In this document: positions 27,247 through 36,707 of the stretch, in pieces | How the letters are laid out: each line of letters starts with the position of its first letter | How positions within the stretch are numbered: position 1 is the stretch's first letter | NCBI GenBank assembly: GCA_964626795.1 | Contig: CAZVIQ010000004.1 | Location: 1 to 36,826, forward strand | Length of the DNA: 36,826 nt | DNA from: an uncultured Muribaculaceae bacterium | GTDB taxonomy: Bacteria > Bacillota_I > Bacilli_A > RF39 > UBA660 | Direction of reading: 5' to 3' | Notes under the pieces: generated by a model | The model's input: only the letters and a program-made list of their open reading frames with translations | What the model was told of the DNA's origin: nothing | Databases searched by the model: none | Position numbers and translations under genes: made by a program

Positions 27247-28611
27247 ATGAAAGAAAAAAAAGTTTTTGGTTATTTACCAGATGAAAAACCACCATTTATT
27301 GAATTAATATTATTTGCACTTCAACAGATCATAGTTATGTTTCCGGCGACTGTACTAGTTGCTTTAATAACTGGATTTCATGTTTCTACTACTATCTTTG
27401 CCAGCGGACTTGCTACCCTGGTATTTATTTTGGTCACAGGAAGGAAAATTCCACTTTACTACGGTTCTAGCTTCTCATATATTGCTGCGATAGGTTCAAT
27501 AATGAGTGCTGAAGCATTTGCAAGCTATACTTTAAACGATAAAATAGCAGTAGCACAGTTTGGTATAGTAATGTCTGGATTCGTTTCAATAATTGCAGGA
27601 ATACTAATTAGGAAATGTGGAAAAAAAGTTCTTGATAAAATATTACCAGCTACTGTAACAGGGAGTGTTGCGATAATAATTGGTTTATCTCTTGCAGCTA
27701 ATGCTATGGGAAATGCAATGGCTATTCCAGAAAATATAGGAGAAGTAAGTAAAAGTATTGCAACTAACTATGCTTGGATTATATCGTTAGTTACACTTAT
27801 TTCAACAATTTTATATTCAGTTTATTTAAAAGGAAAACTAAGTCAGCTTCCTATATTATTTGGATTAATAACTGGGTATGTATTTGCTTTATGTATAGAT
27901 TTAATTACAGGAACAGGGTTTGTAAGTTTTAATACAGTAAGTTCAGTAAATTTTATAAACCTACCTATATTTACTTTACCTAAGCCAACTTGGGAGGCAC
28001 TTATTGCGATAATGCCGATAGCAATAGCAACAATTCCAGAATCGACAGCTCATATTTATCAGTTAGATATCTATGTAAATGATTTAGCGAGAAAGAAAAA
28101 TTCAAAAAAGAAATATGATATTGAAAATAAACTAGGATTAAACTTAATAGGTGATGGTATTGGTGATATAGTTTCTGGTATGATAGGAGGTCCTGCAGGT
28201 ACAAACTATGGTGAAAATATAAGTGCTATGGCTATTTCAAAAAATTTCTCCATTCCAGTACTTATAGCTGCCGCTATCATAACAATGGTAATATCTTGCT
28301 TTACTCCACTTATTAATATAATTTATTCAATTCCAACTGCAGTAATCGGAGGTTTATCAATATACCTTTTCGGAGTTATAGCTGCCCAAGGAATTACAAT
28401 TATAATGGATAAAAAAGTAGACTTATTCAGTTCAAAAAACCTAGCTGTAATTTCAGTTATATTAATAATAGGAATTGGTGGAAGCTTTAATTTTGCAGGA
28501 GGTATGATTCCAATGTTTGGTACAAAACTTCCAGCACTTGCAACTGCCGCTGTAGCAGGTATAATACTAAACTTAATGCTGTCAATTAAGAATACTCAAG
28601 AAAATAATTAA
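27247..28611 (+). CDS. NCS2-family nucleobase (uracil/xanthine-type) permease
   Basis: 454 aa, about 12-14 TM, with glycine-rich NCS2-like segments (LIGDGIGDIVSGMIGGPAGTNYGENI). AGGAGG RBS. Confidence 0.85.
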   Translation: MKEKKVFGYLPDEKPPFIELILFALQQIIVMFPATVLVALITGFHVSTTIFASGLATLVFILVTGRKIPLYYGSSFSYIAAIGSIMSAEAFASYTLNDKIAVAQFGIVMSGFVSIIAGILIRKCGKKVLDKILPATVTGSVAIIIGLSLAANAMGNAMAIPENIGEVSKSIATNYAWIISLVTLISTILYSVYLKGKLSQLPILFGLITGYVFALCIDLITGTGFVSFNTVSSVNFINLPIFTLPKPTWEALIAIMPIAIATIPESTAHIYQLDIYVNDLARKKNSKKKYDIENKLGLNLIGDGIGDIVSGMIGGPAGTNYGENISAMAISKNFSIPVLIAAAIITMVISCFTPLINIIYSIPTAVIGGLSIYLFGVIAAQGITIIMDKKVDLFSSKNLAVISVILIIGIGGSFNFAGGMIPMFGTKLPALATAAVAGIILNLMLSIKNTQENN

Positions 28612-28651
28612 CAAAAAAACTGTAAATTAATTGAAGTGAATTCAATTTAGT

Positions 28652-28683
28652 AGACAAGAAATAAAACTTTTCTTGTCTTTTTG
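28652..28683 (+). terminator. Rho-independent terminator after the permease gene
   Basis: Stem agacaagaa/ttcttgtct (9 bp) followed by T5. Confidence 0.7.
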
Positions 28684-28732
28684 TTATCTAAACAAATTCT
28701 ATCTATATTATAGAATGATACCCAAATTGTAT

Positions 28733-28761
28733 AAAAAAACTCCATAATTTTTAACGGAGTT
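28733..28761 (-). terminator. Rho-independent terminator after the Hpt gene
   Basis: Stem aactcc/ggagtt followed on the minus strand by T7 (plus-strand A-run 28733-28739). Confidence 0.6.
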
Positions 28762-28777
28762 TTATATTACTTCCTAT

Positions 28778-29152
28778 TTAGATAATAGTTTCAGTTTTTC
28801 CTAAATATTCTTTTAATATCATAATAATTCTGTTTACTTCTGTTTTTAATTCATTAAAATTATTTTTAATAAATTCAATATTAAGATTTTCACTTTCTAA
28901 TTGATGATTAAGAGCTAACTCTGCAAGCCTTGTAAAACCAAAGTATTTGGCTTCTCCCTTAATTGAATGAACTACAGTTGCATATTTTTCCATATTTTCA
29001 TTATTAATATATGATTCTAAATCATTCGTTTTTTCATTAATTTCTGTTAAGAAATCATTAATCAATTCATTATAAGTATCTATATCCCCTAATAATTCAA
29101 TACCTCTTTCAACATCTATTCCTTTTTCAATTAGAAAACTTTTATCTTTCAT
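28778..29152 (-). CDS. Stand-alone Hpt (histidine phosphotransfer) domain protein
   Basis: 124-aa helical protein with the phospho-accepting motif HSIKGEAKYFG. AAGGGGA RBS. Starts 9 nt after the hybrid kinase stop. Confidence 0.75.
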   Translation of the reverse strand: MKDKSFLIEKGIDVERGIELLGDIDTYNELINDFLTEINEKTNDLESYINNENMEKYATVVHSIKGEAKYFGFTRLAELALNHQLESENLNIEFIKNNFNELKTEVNRIIMILKEYLGKTETII

Positions 29153-29161
29153 ATTATCCCC

Positions 29162-30994
29162 TTAATCCAAAAATTTTTTAATGATTTTATCTAATTCTTT
29201 TCTATCAATTGGTTTAGATAGATAATCATCAAAGCCTTTTTTTATATAATTTTCTTTCATACCATACATTGCATTTGCTGTTAAAGCCACAACGGGAATA
29301 TCAAAGCCTCTAGTATTATGAAGTTGTCTTAAGGTTTCAGTACCTGTCATCTCCGGCATCATATCATCCATGAATATCAAATCATACTTTTCGCCATTGT
29401 CTATTTTTTCTAAACATTTTATACCACTTGAAACAGTTTCTATATTTAATTTATATTGTTTTAATAATCTTTCCGCTACTTTTAAGTTTATTAAATCATC
29501 ATCTACAATTAAAATTCTTTTATCAGAAAATTCTTTTTTATCTTTTGTTGTCTTTTCTTCCACTTCTGCAGGCTTTTCTTCTTTCGTTTCTATTATTTGT
29601 TGATCTACAGATATTTTCACAGAAGTTCCTTCACTATATTCACTTTCAATAAAGATTTTACCACCCATAGATTCTAAAATCTTTTTAATATTTACTAAAT
29701 CTATCTCTGATTCTTCATCTAGATTTTTCTTATCTGAATAGTTTTCTTTAAATAATTTATTAAATTTTTCTTCAGGAATTCCTATACCTGTGTCTTTTAT
29801 ATTAATAATAAGTCTACAAACATTTCCAATTGTTATTGAGTTTATATCTAAACTTATATAGCCTTCTTTTGTATATTTAACTGAATTATATAAAACATTT
29901 ATAAGTGCCTGTTTTAATCTTATATTATCGCCATATAACATTTGAGGTATTGTATTGTTCATTTTTAACTTAAATTCCACATTTTTTGATTCAAGTTTTG
30001 ATTTTATAACAGCACTGATTTGTTTTATAAAGTTATCAAAATTATATTCATTATAAATTAAGTTCACTTCTGTGTTTTTAGTATTAGTAATATTTAATAT
30101 ATTATTAACACTATTTAATAAAACTTCTGAAGCTCCTTTTATGTAACCTACATCTTCAAGAATATTTTCAGAAGAACCTTCAAGTATTGATTCACTAAAA
30201 CCCAATATTGTATTAAGTGGAGTTCTTATTTCATGTGAAGCTTTTAATAACATATCTGTTCTAGAAGCTTCAGTTTCATCAAGAGTTTTCTTTAAATAAT
30301 TTATTTCCTCTACTAATTCCATATCACATTTATCTATATCAAAATACATTACAAAAGTTAAAAAATAAATTGCTAACTTTGTCAGTAAAAACTCTGGATA
30401 TACAAGCTGCAATATAATGGTTATAAATACAATGACCGTTAATGCTAAAATCAATCTGCTGTTTTTCTTCTTTATAAATTTTGATCTTGTTATTAAACGA
30501 TAAATCCAGAATAATACAAAAAGTAAACTCATAAAACAAACATAGTGTATAGCAGGTCCCTTAAAAAATATAAGATTTCTATTAATTAATAAATCTAAGG
30601 GTAATATTAAAGTAGCTATTAATAAAATAAATATAAAAGGTGAAAGTCTAATTATAACTTTCTTTATTGATAAATCATAATTTTCTGCTAAACGCTCTTT
30701 TTTCTTAAGCGTATTTACATAAACATACAAAGTAAGTGTAAGCATCCATATTAAAATTAAAGACAGAATTATTTTTTCTAAATATATGTTTATTATTTTA
30801 CTTCCTAAATTAAGTATTAAAACATTATTAAGAATATCCGTTAATATAATTAAAAGGTTAGTAAAAATTAATATTAAAAATATATTATTATCTAGAGATT
30901 TTTTTCTTTTTGTTGAAAAATATACTTTTAATAAAAACACTATAATAAATAATCCTGAAATTTGAAAATATGAATTGATAATCAAATTCTTCAC
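29162..30994 (-). CDS. Hybrid sensor histidine kinase (multi-TM sensor, HisKA, HATPase_c, receiver)
   Basis: About 6-7 N-terminal TM helices, H-box SHEIRTPLN, N/G boxes (NSVKYT, DTGIGIP, GTSV), and a receiver ILIVDDD...DLIFMDDMMPEMTG...ALTANAM...SKPI. GTG start supported by N-terminal alignment with the paralogue. Confidence 0.9.
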   Translation of the reverse strand: MKNLIINSYFQISGLFIIVFLLKVYFSTKRKKSLDNNIFLILIFTNLLIILTDILNNVLILNLGSKIINIYLEKIILSLILIWMLTLTLYVYVNTLKKKERLAENYDLSIKKVIIRLSPFIFILLIATLILPLDLLINRNLIFFKGPAIHYVCFMSLLFVLFWIYRLITRSKFIKKKNSRLILALTVIVFITIILQLVYPEFLLTKLAIYFLTFVMYFDIDKCDMELVEEINYLKKTLDETEASRTDMLLKASHEIRTPLNTILGFSESILEGSSENILEDVGYIKGASEVLLNSVNNILNITNTKNTEVNLIYNEYNFDNFIKQISAVIKSKLESKNVEFKLKMNNTIPQMLYGDNIRLKQALINVLYNSVKYTKEGYISLDINSITIGNVCRLIINIKDTGIGIPEEKFNKLFKENYSDKKNLDEESEIDLVNIKKILESMGGKIFIESEYSEGTSVKISVDQQIIETKEEKPAEVEEKTTKDKKEFSDKRILIVDDDLINLKVAERLLKQYKLNIETVSSGIKCLEKIDNGEKYDLIFMDDMMPEMTGTETLRQLHNTRGFDIPVVALTANAMYGMKENYIKKGFDDYLSKPIDRKELDKIIKKFLD

Positions 30995-31000
30995 CTACTT

Positions 31001-31435
31001 TTATTTTTTTACTTTATCGCAAGATAGGTTTACTTCTATATTAAAATCGTTTTTATCAAATGGTTCAACTGGGAAAATTATTGCCTTTGTTTCTTTTTCA
31101 TCACATTTTCCCGCTTTGTTATTAAAGTTTTTTAGTTCTTCACTATATTTGTTTTTATATTCTTCATTACTATTAATAATTTCTAAATCTATTGTAAGTC
31201 CTAAGAAAGAATATGTTTTAAAAAAACTTATTACTTCTTCTGAAGTTTCTTCTTCAAGCTTTTTTTCATAAATATCAACATATACCTGTGAAATTATATC
31301 TTTAAATTCGTTTTCTAATTTGGCTTCAGTATTCTTTTGATTTTCTTTTAGATAAAAGACGACTCCAAATATTAAAATAAATAATATAATAACAGTAATT
31401 ATATAAGTCAAGATTCTCTTGTTTTTATCTTTCAT
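31001..31435 (-). CDS. Hypothetical membrane-anchored extracytoplasmic protein between the two kinases
   Basis: AAGGAGA RBS, one N-terminal TM (ILTYIITVIILFILIFGVVFYL), acidic soluble domain. Its stop is 6 nt before the downstream kinase start. Confidence 0.6.
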   Translation of the reverse strand: MKDKNKRILTYIITVIILFILIFGVVFYLKENQKNTEAKLENEFKDIISQVYVDIYEKKLEEETSEEVISFFKTYSFLGLTIDLEIINSNEEYKNKYSEELKNFNNKAGKCDEKETKAIIFPVEPFDKNDFNIEVNLSCDKVKK

Positions 31436-31514
31436 TTACTTTTCTCCTTATTATATATTTATATTGTACAAAATATTTGTATTTTTTTCAAGTAACAACT
31501 TATATACTTGATTT

Positions 31515-33350
31515 CTATTTATTCAAGTATTTGTTTATTACTCTACTAAGTTCTTTTCTTTCTATTGGTTTACCTAAGTAATCATCAAAACCTTTTTCAA
31601 GATATTTTTCTTTCTGTCCTTCCATAGCATTTGCAGTTAATACTACTATTGGTACTTTATATCCATTTTCTTTTAATTCTTTCATAGTTTCAGTTCCACT
31701 TTTATTTGGCATCATATCATCTAAAAGAACTACATCATATTGTTCTCCATTATTTATTCTACTTATACATTCTTCCCCACTTGATACTGCTATTATTTCA
31801 CATTTATACTCTTCAAGTAATTTTTTAGCTATTTTGATATTCATCATATTATCATCAACTAAAAGTATTTTCTTATTAGACATAGTCTCTGTATTTATTT
31901 TTTCATCTTTTATATCAGTTTTATTTTCAAGTGTTTCACCTTTTCTTATTTCCTGATCAATAATTACTGTAAATTTACTTCCACTTCCATATACACTTTG
32001 TACAGTAATCTGTCCTCCCATTAATTCAGTGAGATTCTTTGTTATAGCAAGCCCTAGTCCTGTTCCTTCTGCTGTTGTATTCCTATCTTCATCAAGTCTA
32101 TTAAACTTAGTAAATAATTTATCTATCTGCTCTACCTTTATTCCTCTTCCTGTATCTTCAACTGAAATAATTAATTTACTTATATTATCTTTATTTATAC
32201 AACTTACATTAAAGTCTACATGACCTTTATCAGTATATTTCGCCGCATTTGTCAATAAGTTTGTTATTATTTTTCTTATATTTGAGTGATCTCCAAATAA
32301 TGAACTTGGTAAATCAGGCGCTATAATTACATTAAATTCCAAGTCTTTTTCTTCAAAACGATAACTTAACATTTTTATAATATCCTCAAACATCGTATGC
32401 GGATTATAAATTACATTAACTAGTTCCATGTTACCAGATTCTATTCTTGATATATCGAGCACACCATTTATTATTTCAAGTAGTATATTTGAAGCTTTAA
32501 CGACTTCTATTGCATTTTCTTTAGCTTCTTCAAGAGTTGCTGCATCTTCTGTTATTTCAGAAAAACCTTTAATTGCATTAAGTGGTGTTCTTATTTCATG
32601 ACTCATACTGGATAAGAAATCACTTTTTGCATTATTTGCTTTATCTGCCTGATCTTTCGCAAGATTTAATTCTTGTATCATTTTTAAATCAGGATTTTCT
32701 ATTGTAAAGTACATTATAAATGTTATAAAACAGGCAACAGATGTTACTAATAGTAATTCAGGATAAGTTTTTTGTATAGATGCTGCTGCAATTACAAAAA
32801 ATATCAATAAAAATACGGGTAAATATTTCTTGTTTTTTATATTCTTAATATTAATAAGTAAACAAACAATCCAAAATATAATACAAATTCCATATAGTAG
32901 ATATGTTAAATTAGCTGCAGGACCATAGGTATATATTATTCCATTTTCACTAAAATTGTATAAAGGTATAGAGAATATCACTATACTAAAAAATATAAAC
33001 AAAAAAAATATAAGTATTATAGTTTTTCTAAAAATTTTATTTTTTATATTTATAACAGTAGTGGGTTTTACAATAGAAATAAAATAAACATACATAGTAA
33101 AAACCAAACAATAACATATCAAATATAGCAAATATACTTTACATAATGGATTTAATATTAAACTGTTTATATTACTATAAGCTAAATAAGTACTCCATAT
33201 ATCTAATACCAATCCAATTGTGTTTATAATTATTAATGAAACAAAAATATCATTTTCAATTGTTTTAAGTCTTTTTTTACTAAAAAACACCATCATAAGA
33301 AAAGACATATACATTAAAGATAATATTTGAAAGTAATTATTACTTATCAT
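31515..33350 (-). CDS. Hybrid sensor histidine kinase, paralogue of 29162-30994
   Basis: Same architecture: multi-TM N-terminus, SHEIRTPLN, NAAKYT, DTGRGI, GTGLGL, and a receiver ILLVDDN...DVVLLDDMMPNKSG...LTANAM...GKPI. Confidence 0.9.
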   Translation of the reverse strand: MISNNYFQILSLMYMSFLMMVFFSKKRLKTIENDIFVSLIIINTIGLVLDIWSTYLAYSNINSLILNPLCKVYLLYLICYCLVFTMYVYFISIVKPTTVINIKNKIFRKTIILIFFLFIFFSIVIFSIPLYNFSENGIIYTYGPAANLTYLLYGICIIFWIVCLLINIKNIKNKKYLPVFLLIFFVIAAASIQKTYPELLLVTSVACFITFIMYFTIENPDLKMIQELNLAKDQADKANNAKSDFLSSMSHEIRTPLNAIKGFSEITEDAATLEEAKENAIEVVKASNILLEIINGVLDISRIESGNMELVNVIYNPHTMFEDIIKMLSYRFEEKDLEFNVIIAPDLPSSLFGDHSNIRKIITNLLTNAAKYTDKGHVDFNVSCINKDNISKLIISVEDTGRGIKVEQIDKLFTKFNRLDEDRNTTAEGTGLGLAITKNLTELMGGQITVQSVYGSGSKFTVIIDQEIRKGETLENKTDIKDEKINTETMSNKKILLVDDNMMNIKIAKKLLEEYKCEIIAVSSGEECISRINNGEQYDVVLLDDMMPNKSGTETMKELKENGYKVPIVVLTANAMEGQKEKYLEKGFDDYLGKPIERKELSRVINKYLNK

Positions 33351-33383
33351 ATCATCACTACCTTTTATAAAATTATACCAAAT

Positions 33384-33427
33384 GAAAAAAAAGTAATCAA
33401 TTATTTTAAAGTAAATTGATTACTTTT
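33384..33427 (-). terminator. Rho-independent terminator of the HAD-ligase-acyltransferase operon
   Basis: A perfect 14-bp stem (33389-33402 / 33414-33427) encloses the acyltransferase stop codon and is followed on the minus strand by a T8 run. Confidence 0.7.
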
Positions 33428-34192
33428 GTCCTCTTTTGTAATAATTTCTGCACCATTATCTTTGTTTTCTTGCCATAGTTTTCTTACTATGTCTTCAACA
33501 TATCTTGTTGCTTCAAAAATATCTGCATCCTCAGGGAAGTAAATCTTTGCTCCTTTATTTACATAAAGCTCCCCTCTTTTAAAATTATTATTTATTGCCA
33601 TTGGTTTTATTGGTAATCCCGAAACTATAGCAGCAAGTATTGCTCCTTCTTTAAATCTTTGTACAGTACCGTCACTTCCATAATGTACCATTCTTTTTCC
33701 TTCAGGAAATATAACTGTGCTTTGTCCTCTTAGCAAGTGTTGTAATGCTTTAGGAATCACCATTGCTCTATCTTTCGGATCTTTTCTATCTACTGTAAAC
33801 GCTCCTCTTCTGGTATATAAATGACCCACCATTAGATTTTTAACTTTAAGTAATGTTGAGGCAATCATATAATGGAGAACTGTATCTTGATATGCAGGTG
33901 ATACAAGAAAGAAATCTAAAGAATCTAAGTGATTAGGAACCACAATCATCGCTTCCCCATTTTCATCACTTACTCCATAATAATTTGGTTCATATATCGG
34001 ATTAAAAATTTTTATTAATTTATCTAAGGTTTTTAAATATCTTTCTTCATTTTTTTTGTTTTTTTCTTCATCAAATTCTAGCGACATAACAAATTCTCTG
34101 TAATTACGATAATAATCTAGCCTTTGATCAAGACACATGTTATTTATTTCTTTCATTGATCTAAATTCAAAGTTATTATTTAATTTTTCCAT
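33401..34192 (-). CDS. PlsC/LPLAT-family acyltransferase (lysophospholipid acyltransferase-like)
   Basis: HX4D motif VPNHLDSLD and the FPEGKR block. Starts 2 nt after the ligase stop. Confidence 0.8.
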   Translation of the reverse strand: MEKLNNNFEFRSMKEINNMCLDQRLDYYRNYREFVMSLEFDEEKNKKNEERYLKTLDKLIKIFNPIYEPNYYGVSDENGEAMIVVPNHLDSLDFFLVSPAYQDTVLHYMIASTLLKVKNLMVGHLYTRRGAFTVDRKDPKDRAMVIPKALQHLLRGQSTVIFPEGKRMVHYGSDGTVQRFKEGAILAAIVSGLPIKPMAINNNFKRGELYVNKGAKIYFPEDADIFEATRYVEDIVRKLWQENKDNGAEIITKEDKSNQFTLK

Positions 34193-34194
34193 TA

Positions 34195-36003
34195 TTATGC
34201 TCCAATTTTCAACTTCATAACATAATCATTATTTTCATATGCTGTTTTAACTCCGTTTTTCTCTATTTTACCGTTTAAATTTACTGGTGCTTTCCTTAGT
34301 ATTACAATCTCGGTTGGAATTTCATAACTTTTTAAACCTGATGTTTTAAATCTATCTTTAATTCTTTTTAATAAATCTTCGATCTGCTCTTTTTCTGCAT
34401 GATATTCAAAGCACGCAACTATTTTATCTGCTTCTGTTTCTAAATTAGTTGCTTTGAATATTTCAGTATTTTCAATTCCAAACTCTTCAAGAATTTGTCT
34501 TATATGAAATGGATTTACTAAGTTTCCATTACTTAAATTTATAATATCATCTATTCTGTCTAAATGGAAATAAAATCCTGTTTCATCACGATATACTAAG
34601 TCATTGGTATGATACCATACTCTTCCATTTTCAACAAATAGACCATTATCTTCTTTATTATTTAGTGAATCTCTCATTACTGAAGGACCTGCTATAACAA
34701 GTTCACCCGCTATATAAGGCTTAATAATATTTTTTCCTGTATTAACATCTATTATTCTGTAATAATAATCTGGAAAAGGTATACCCATAGATCCTTTAAT
34801 TTGATAATTTTTTGGATTTACACAGTTGCCACCTATTGTTTGTGTACTTCCATATCCCTCTCGAATTCCACTTACAATTTTATTTGCCCAATAATCATAG
34901 GTTTCTGCACCCATCTTAGCTCCGCCTGTAATAAACATTTTACTATTTTCATAAAATATATCATCAAACAGTTTCGATTCTTTCATTTTTCTAAGTAATG
35001 CAGGAACATGTATTTGTATTTCTGGATGTTCTTTTTCTGTTATTTGAGCTAAATATTCTAAATCAGTTGGATTAGGAACATTTAAACGTTCTGTACCACA
35101 ATTAAATAAAGTGTGTGTAGCGGTTCCTCCTCCAAAACCATGGAATATTCCAGGAATTGCAATTACTTTATCTCCCGCCTCAATACAATCACATATATAT
35201 TTTGATGATATTGCTAAACTATTAAAACCATTATGTGTATGTATACATCCGGTAGGCATTTTTCCACTTGTCCCTGATGTAAATAATATCTCTGCGTCAT
35301 CTTCACCTTTAACATTTTCCATATAACTGCCATTATATCTATTAGCTGACTTTAGTTCAGGAAATAAAGCTTCAAATTTATTTGATATAGGTGTATAAGG
35401 TTTTGGTGAGTTATCAGACTCTAAATATTTCTTTTCTATTACTCCGTTAATTACAGATAATATCCATTTCTTTTTTAAAGATTCTACTGGTGTAGTATAA
35501 AATATTCTTCTTACGTTTTCGTCTATATCTTTATTTTCACTTAATATCTCATCTAAATCCTTTATATTTGAATCTAAACATATTATGACACTAGGTTTAA
35601 CTAATCTAAGTTTTTCAGCAGTTCTAATTTTATCTTTTGGTTCTTTAGGATGCAAAGGAACTAGAATAGCCCCAGGTGCTAAAGCACCATAAACTATACT
35701 ATATGTTTCTGGTAAATCAGGTAAGAAAACAACAACTTTTTCGCCTTTCTTTATATCACTTAGTTTCATAAGTTTCGCAAATCGTTCAATATTTCCAGCA
35801 AAGTCATTGAACGTTTCCTTATGAACTAATCCGTTCATTTGATATTTTAATGCAGTATAATCATGAAATTTATCACAATTTTCCAGCATCATTTCAGTCA
35901 TAGACATATTAGGATAATCTATATTAGCTGGTATATGATCATAATGTTGTAAATGATATCTCATTAAATTTAAATCTTCAATTTTTGATTTATTGTTTGA
36001 CAT
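34195..36003 (-). CDS. AMP-dependent synthetase/ligase (acyl-CoA / acyl-ACP synthetase-like adenylating enzyme)
   Basis: Atypical P-loop-like motif LFTSGTSGKMPTG, plus GYGSTQT, WYHTNDL...DETGFYFHLDRIDDII and a C-terminal NLNGKIEK lysine. GGAAGGAG RBS. Confidence 0.85.
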   Translation of the reverse strand: MSNNKSKIEDLNLMRYHLQHYDHIPANIDYPNMSMTEMMLENCDKFHDYTALKYQMNGLVHKETFNDFAGNIERFAKLMKLSDIKKGEKVVVFLPDLPETYSIVYGALAPGAILVPLHPKEPKDKIRTAEKLRLVKPSVIICLDSNIKDLDEILSENKDIDENVRRIFYTTPVESLKKKWILSVINGVIEKKYLESDNSPKPYTPISNKFEALFPELKSANRYNGSYMENVKGEDDAEILFTSGTSGKMPTGCIHTHNGFNSLAISSKYICDCIEAGDKVIAIPGIFHGFGGGTATHTLFNCGTERLNVPNPTDLEYLAQITEKEHPEIQIHVPALLRKMKESKLFDDIFYENSKMFITGGAKMGAETYDYWANKIVSGIREGYGSTQTIGGNCVNPKNYQIKGSMGIPFPDYYYRIIDVNTGKNIIKPYIAGELVIAGPSVMRDSLNNKEDNGLFVENGRVWYHTNDLVYRDETGFYFHLDRIDDIINLSNGNLVNPFHIRQILEEFGIENTEIFKATNLETEADKIVACFEYHAEKEQIEDLLKRIKDRFKTSGLKSYEIPTEIVILRKAPVNLNGKIEKNGVKTAYENNDYVMKLKIGA

Positions 36004-36646
36004 ATTTCATGCTCCTTCCTTTATCTATTTTATCTACTGTATCTTTGATTTGTAGCCAGTCATCATGTCTATAAAATGCAAACGTTTTATTATTAGGACA
36101 ATATTCACTATTGTTGTTAGTATTAATAGTTCCTATATCGCAAATATCTAAAAGCGGATCTATTACTTTCGGCTGATCATCTAAACCAAAATCAGCTTTT
36201 AAAACTTTAAATGCTTCAACTTTTTCTATAGGAGCATTTTTTTCAGAAATCCAAGCAATATCGTCTGGTTTGAATTCGTTTTCTTGAAACCAAGTTTCAA
36301 CCCAGTTTCTAGACATTTTTCCTAAAAAGAAATTTGTAACAAATGCTCGTGCAGTTGGAACATATACTTTTTTACCTTTAGCTTGCCAATATTTTAATAC
36401 TTCGAACACATCACTTCTTGGACCAAAATATTTACTATAATACGGAAAATATTGAATCCAAATTAATTGCCTTTTAATTTTTGACAATTCATAAATATCT
36501 TTAATATCATATGCAGTAGGATTCTTTACTTCCGGGACAGGTTCTCCTCTTGAAGTATAATAATCTTCTATCATCCAATCTTGAAATAACTCCAAATCAT
36601 TTATAATTCCATCTAAATCAGTACAAATTACTTCTATCCTGTTCAT
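35990..36646 (-). CDS. HAD-superfamily hydrolase (NT5C / deoxyribonucleotidase-like phosphatase)
   Basis: Motif I VICTDLDGII, then VYVPTARAF and GLDDQP. GAGGGGGAG RBS. 14-nt overlap with the ligase gene. Confidence 0.65.
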   Translation of the reverse strand: MNRIEVICTDLDGIINDLELFQDWMIEDYYTSRGEPVPEVKNPTAYDIKDIYELSKIKRQLIWIQYFPYYSKYFGPRSDVFEVLKYWQAKGKKVYVPTARAFVTNFFLGKMSRNWVETWFQENEFKPDDIAWISEKNAPIEKVEAFKVLKADFGLDDQPKVIDPLLDICDIGTINTNNNSEYCPNNKTFAFYRHDDWLQIKDTVDKIDKGRSMKYVKQ

Positions 36647-36678
36647 AATATTTATCTCCCCCTCTTTTTATGGGCAAT

Positions 36679-36707
36679 ATTATAGCATAATTACCATATT
36701 TTGTCAA
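36679..36707 (-). promoter_or_regulatory. Consensus sigma-A promoter of the HAD-ligase-acyltransferase operon
   Basis: Minus strand TTGACA (36707-36702), 17-nt spacer, TATAAT (36684-36679). Confidence 0.7.

Noticed and set aside
31489-31510. Hairpin caagta/tacttg between the upstream hybrid kinase and the small membrane protein gene, considered as a terminator separating the two kinases.
   Set aside because: In the transcribed (minus) orientation it is followed by an A-run, not a T-run, and it is only 6 bp. It cannot be called an intrinsic terminator.
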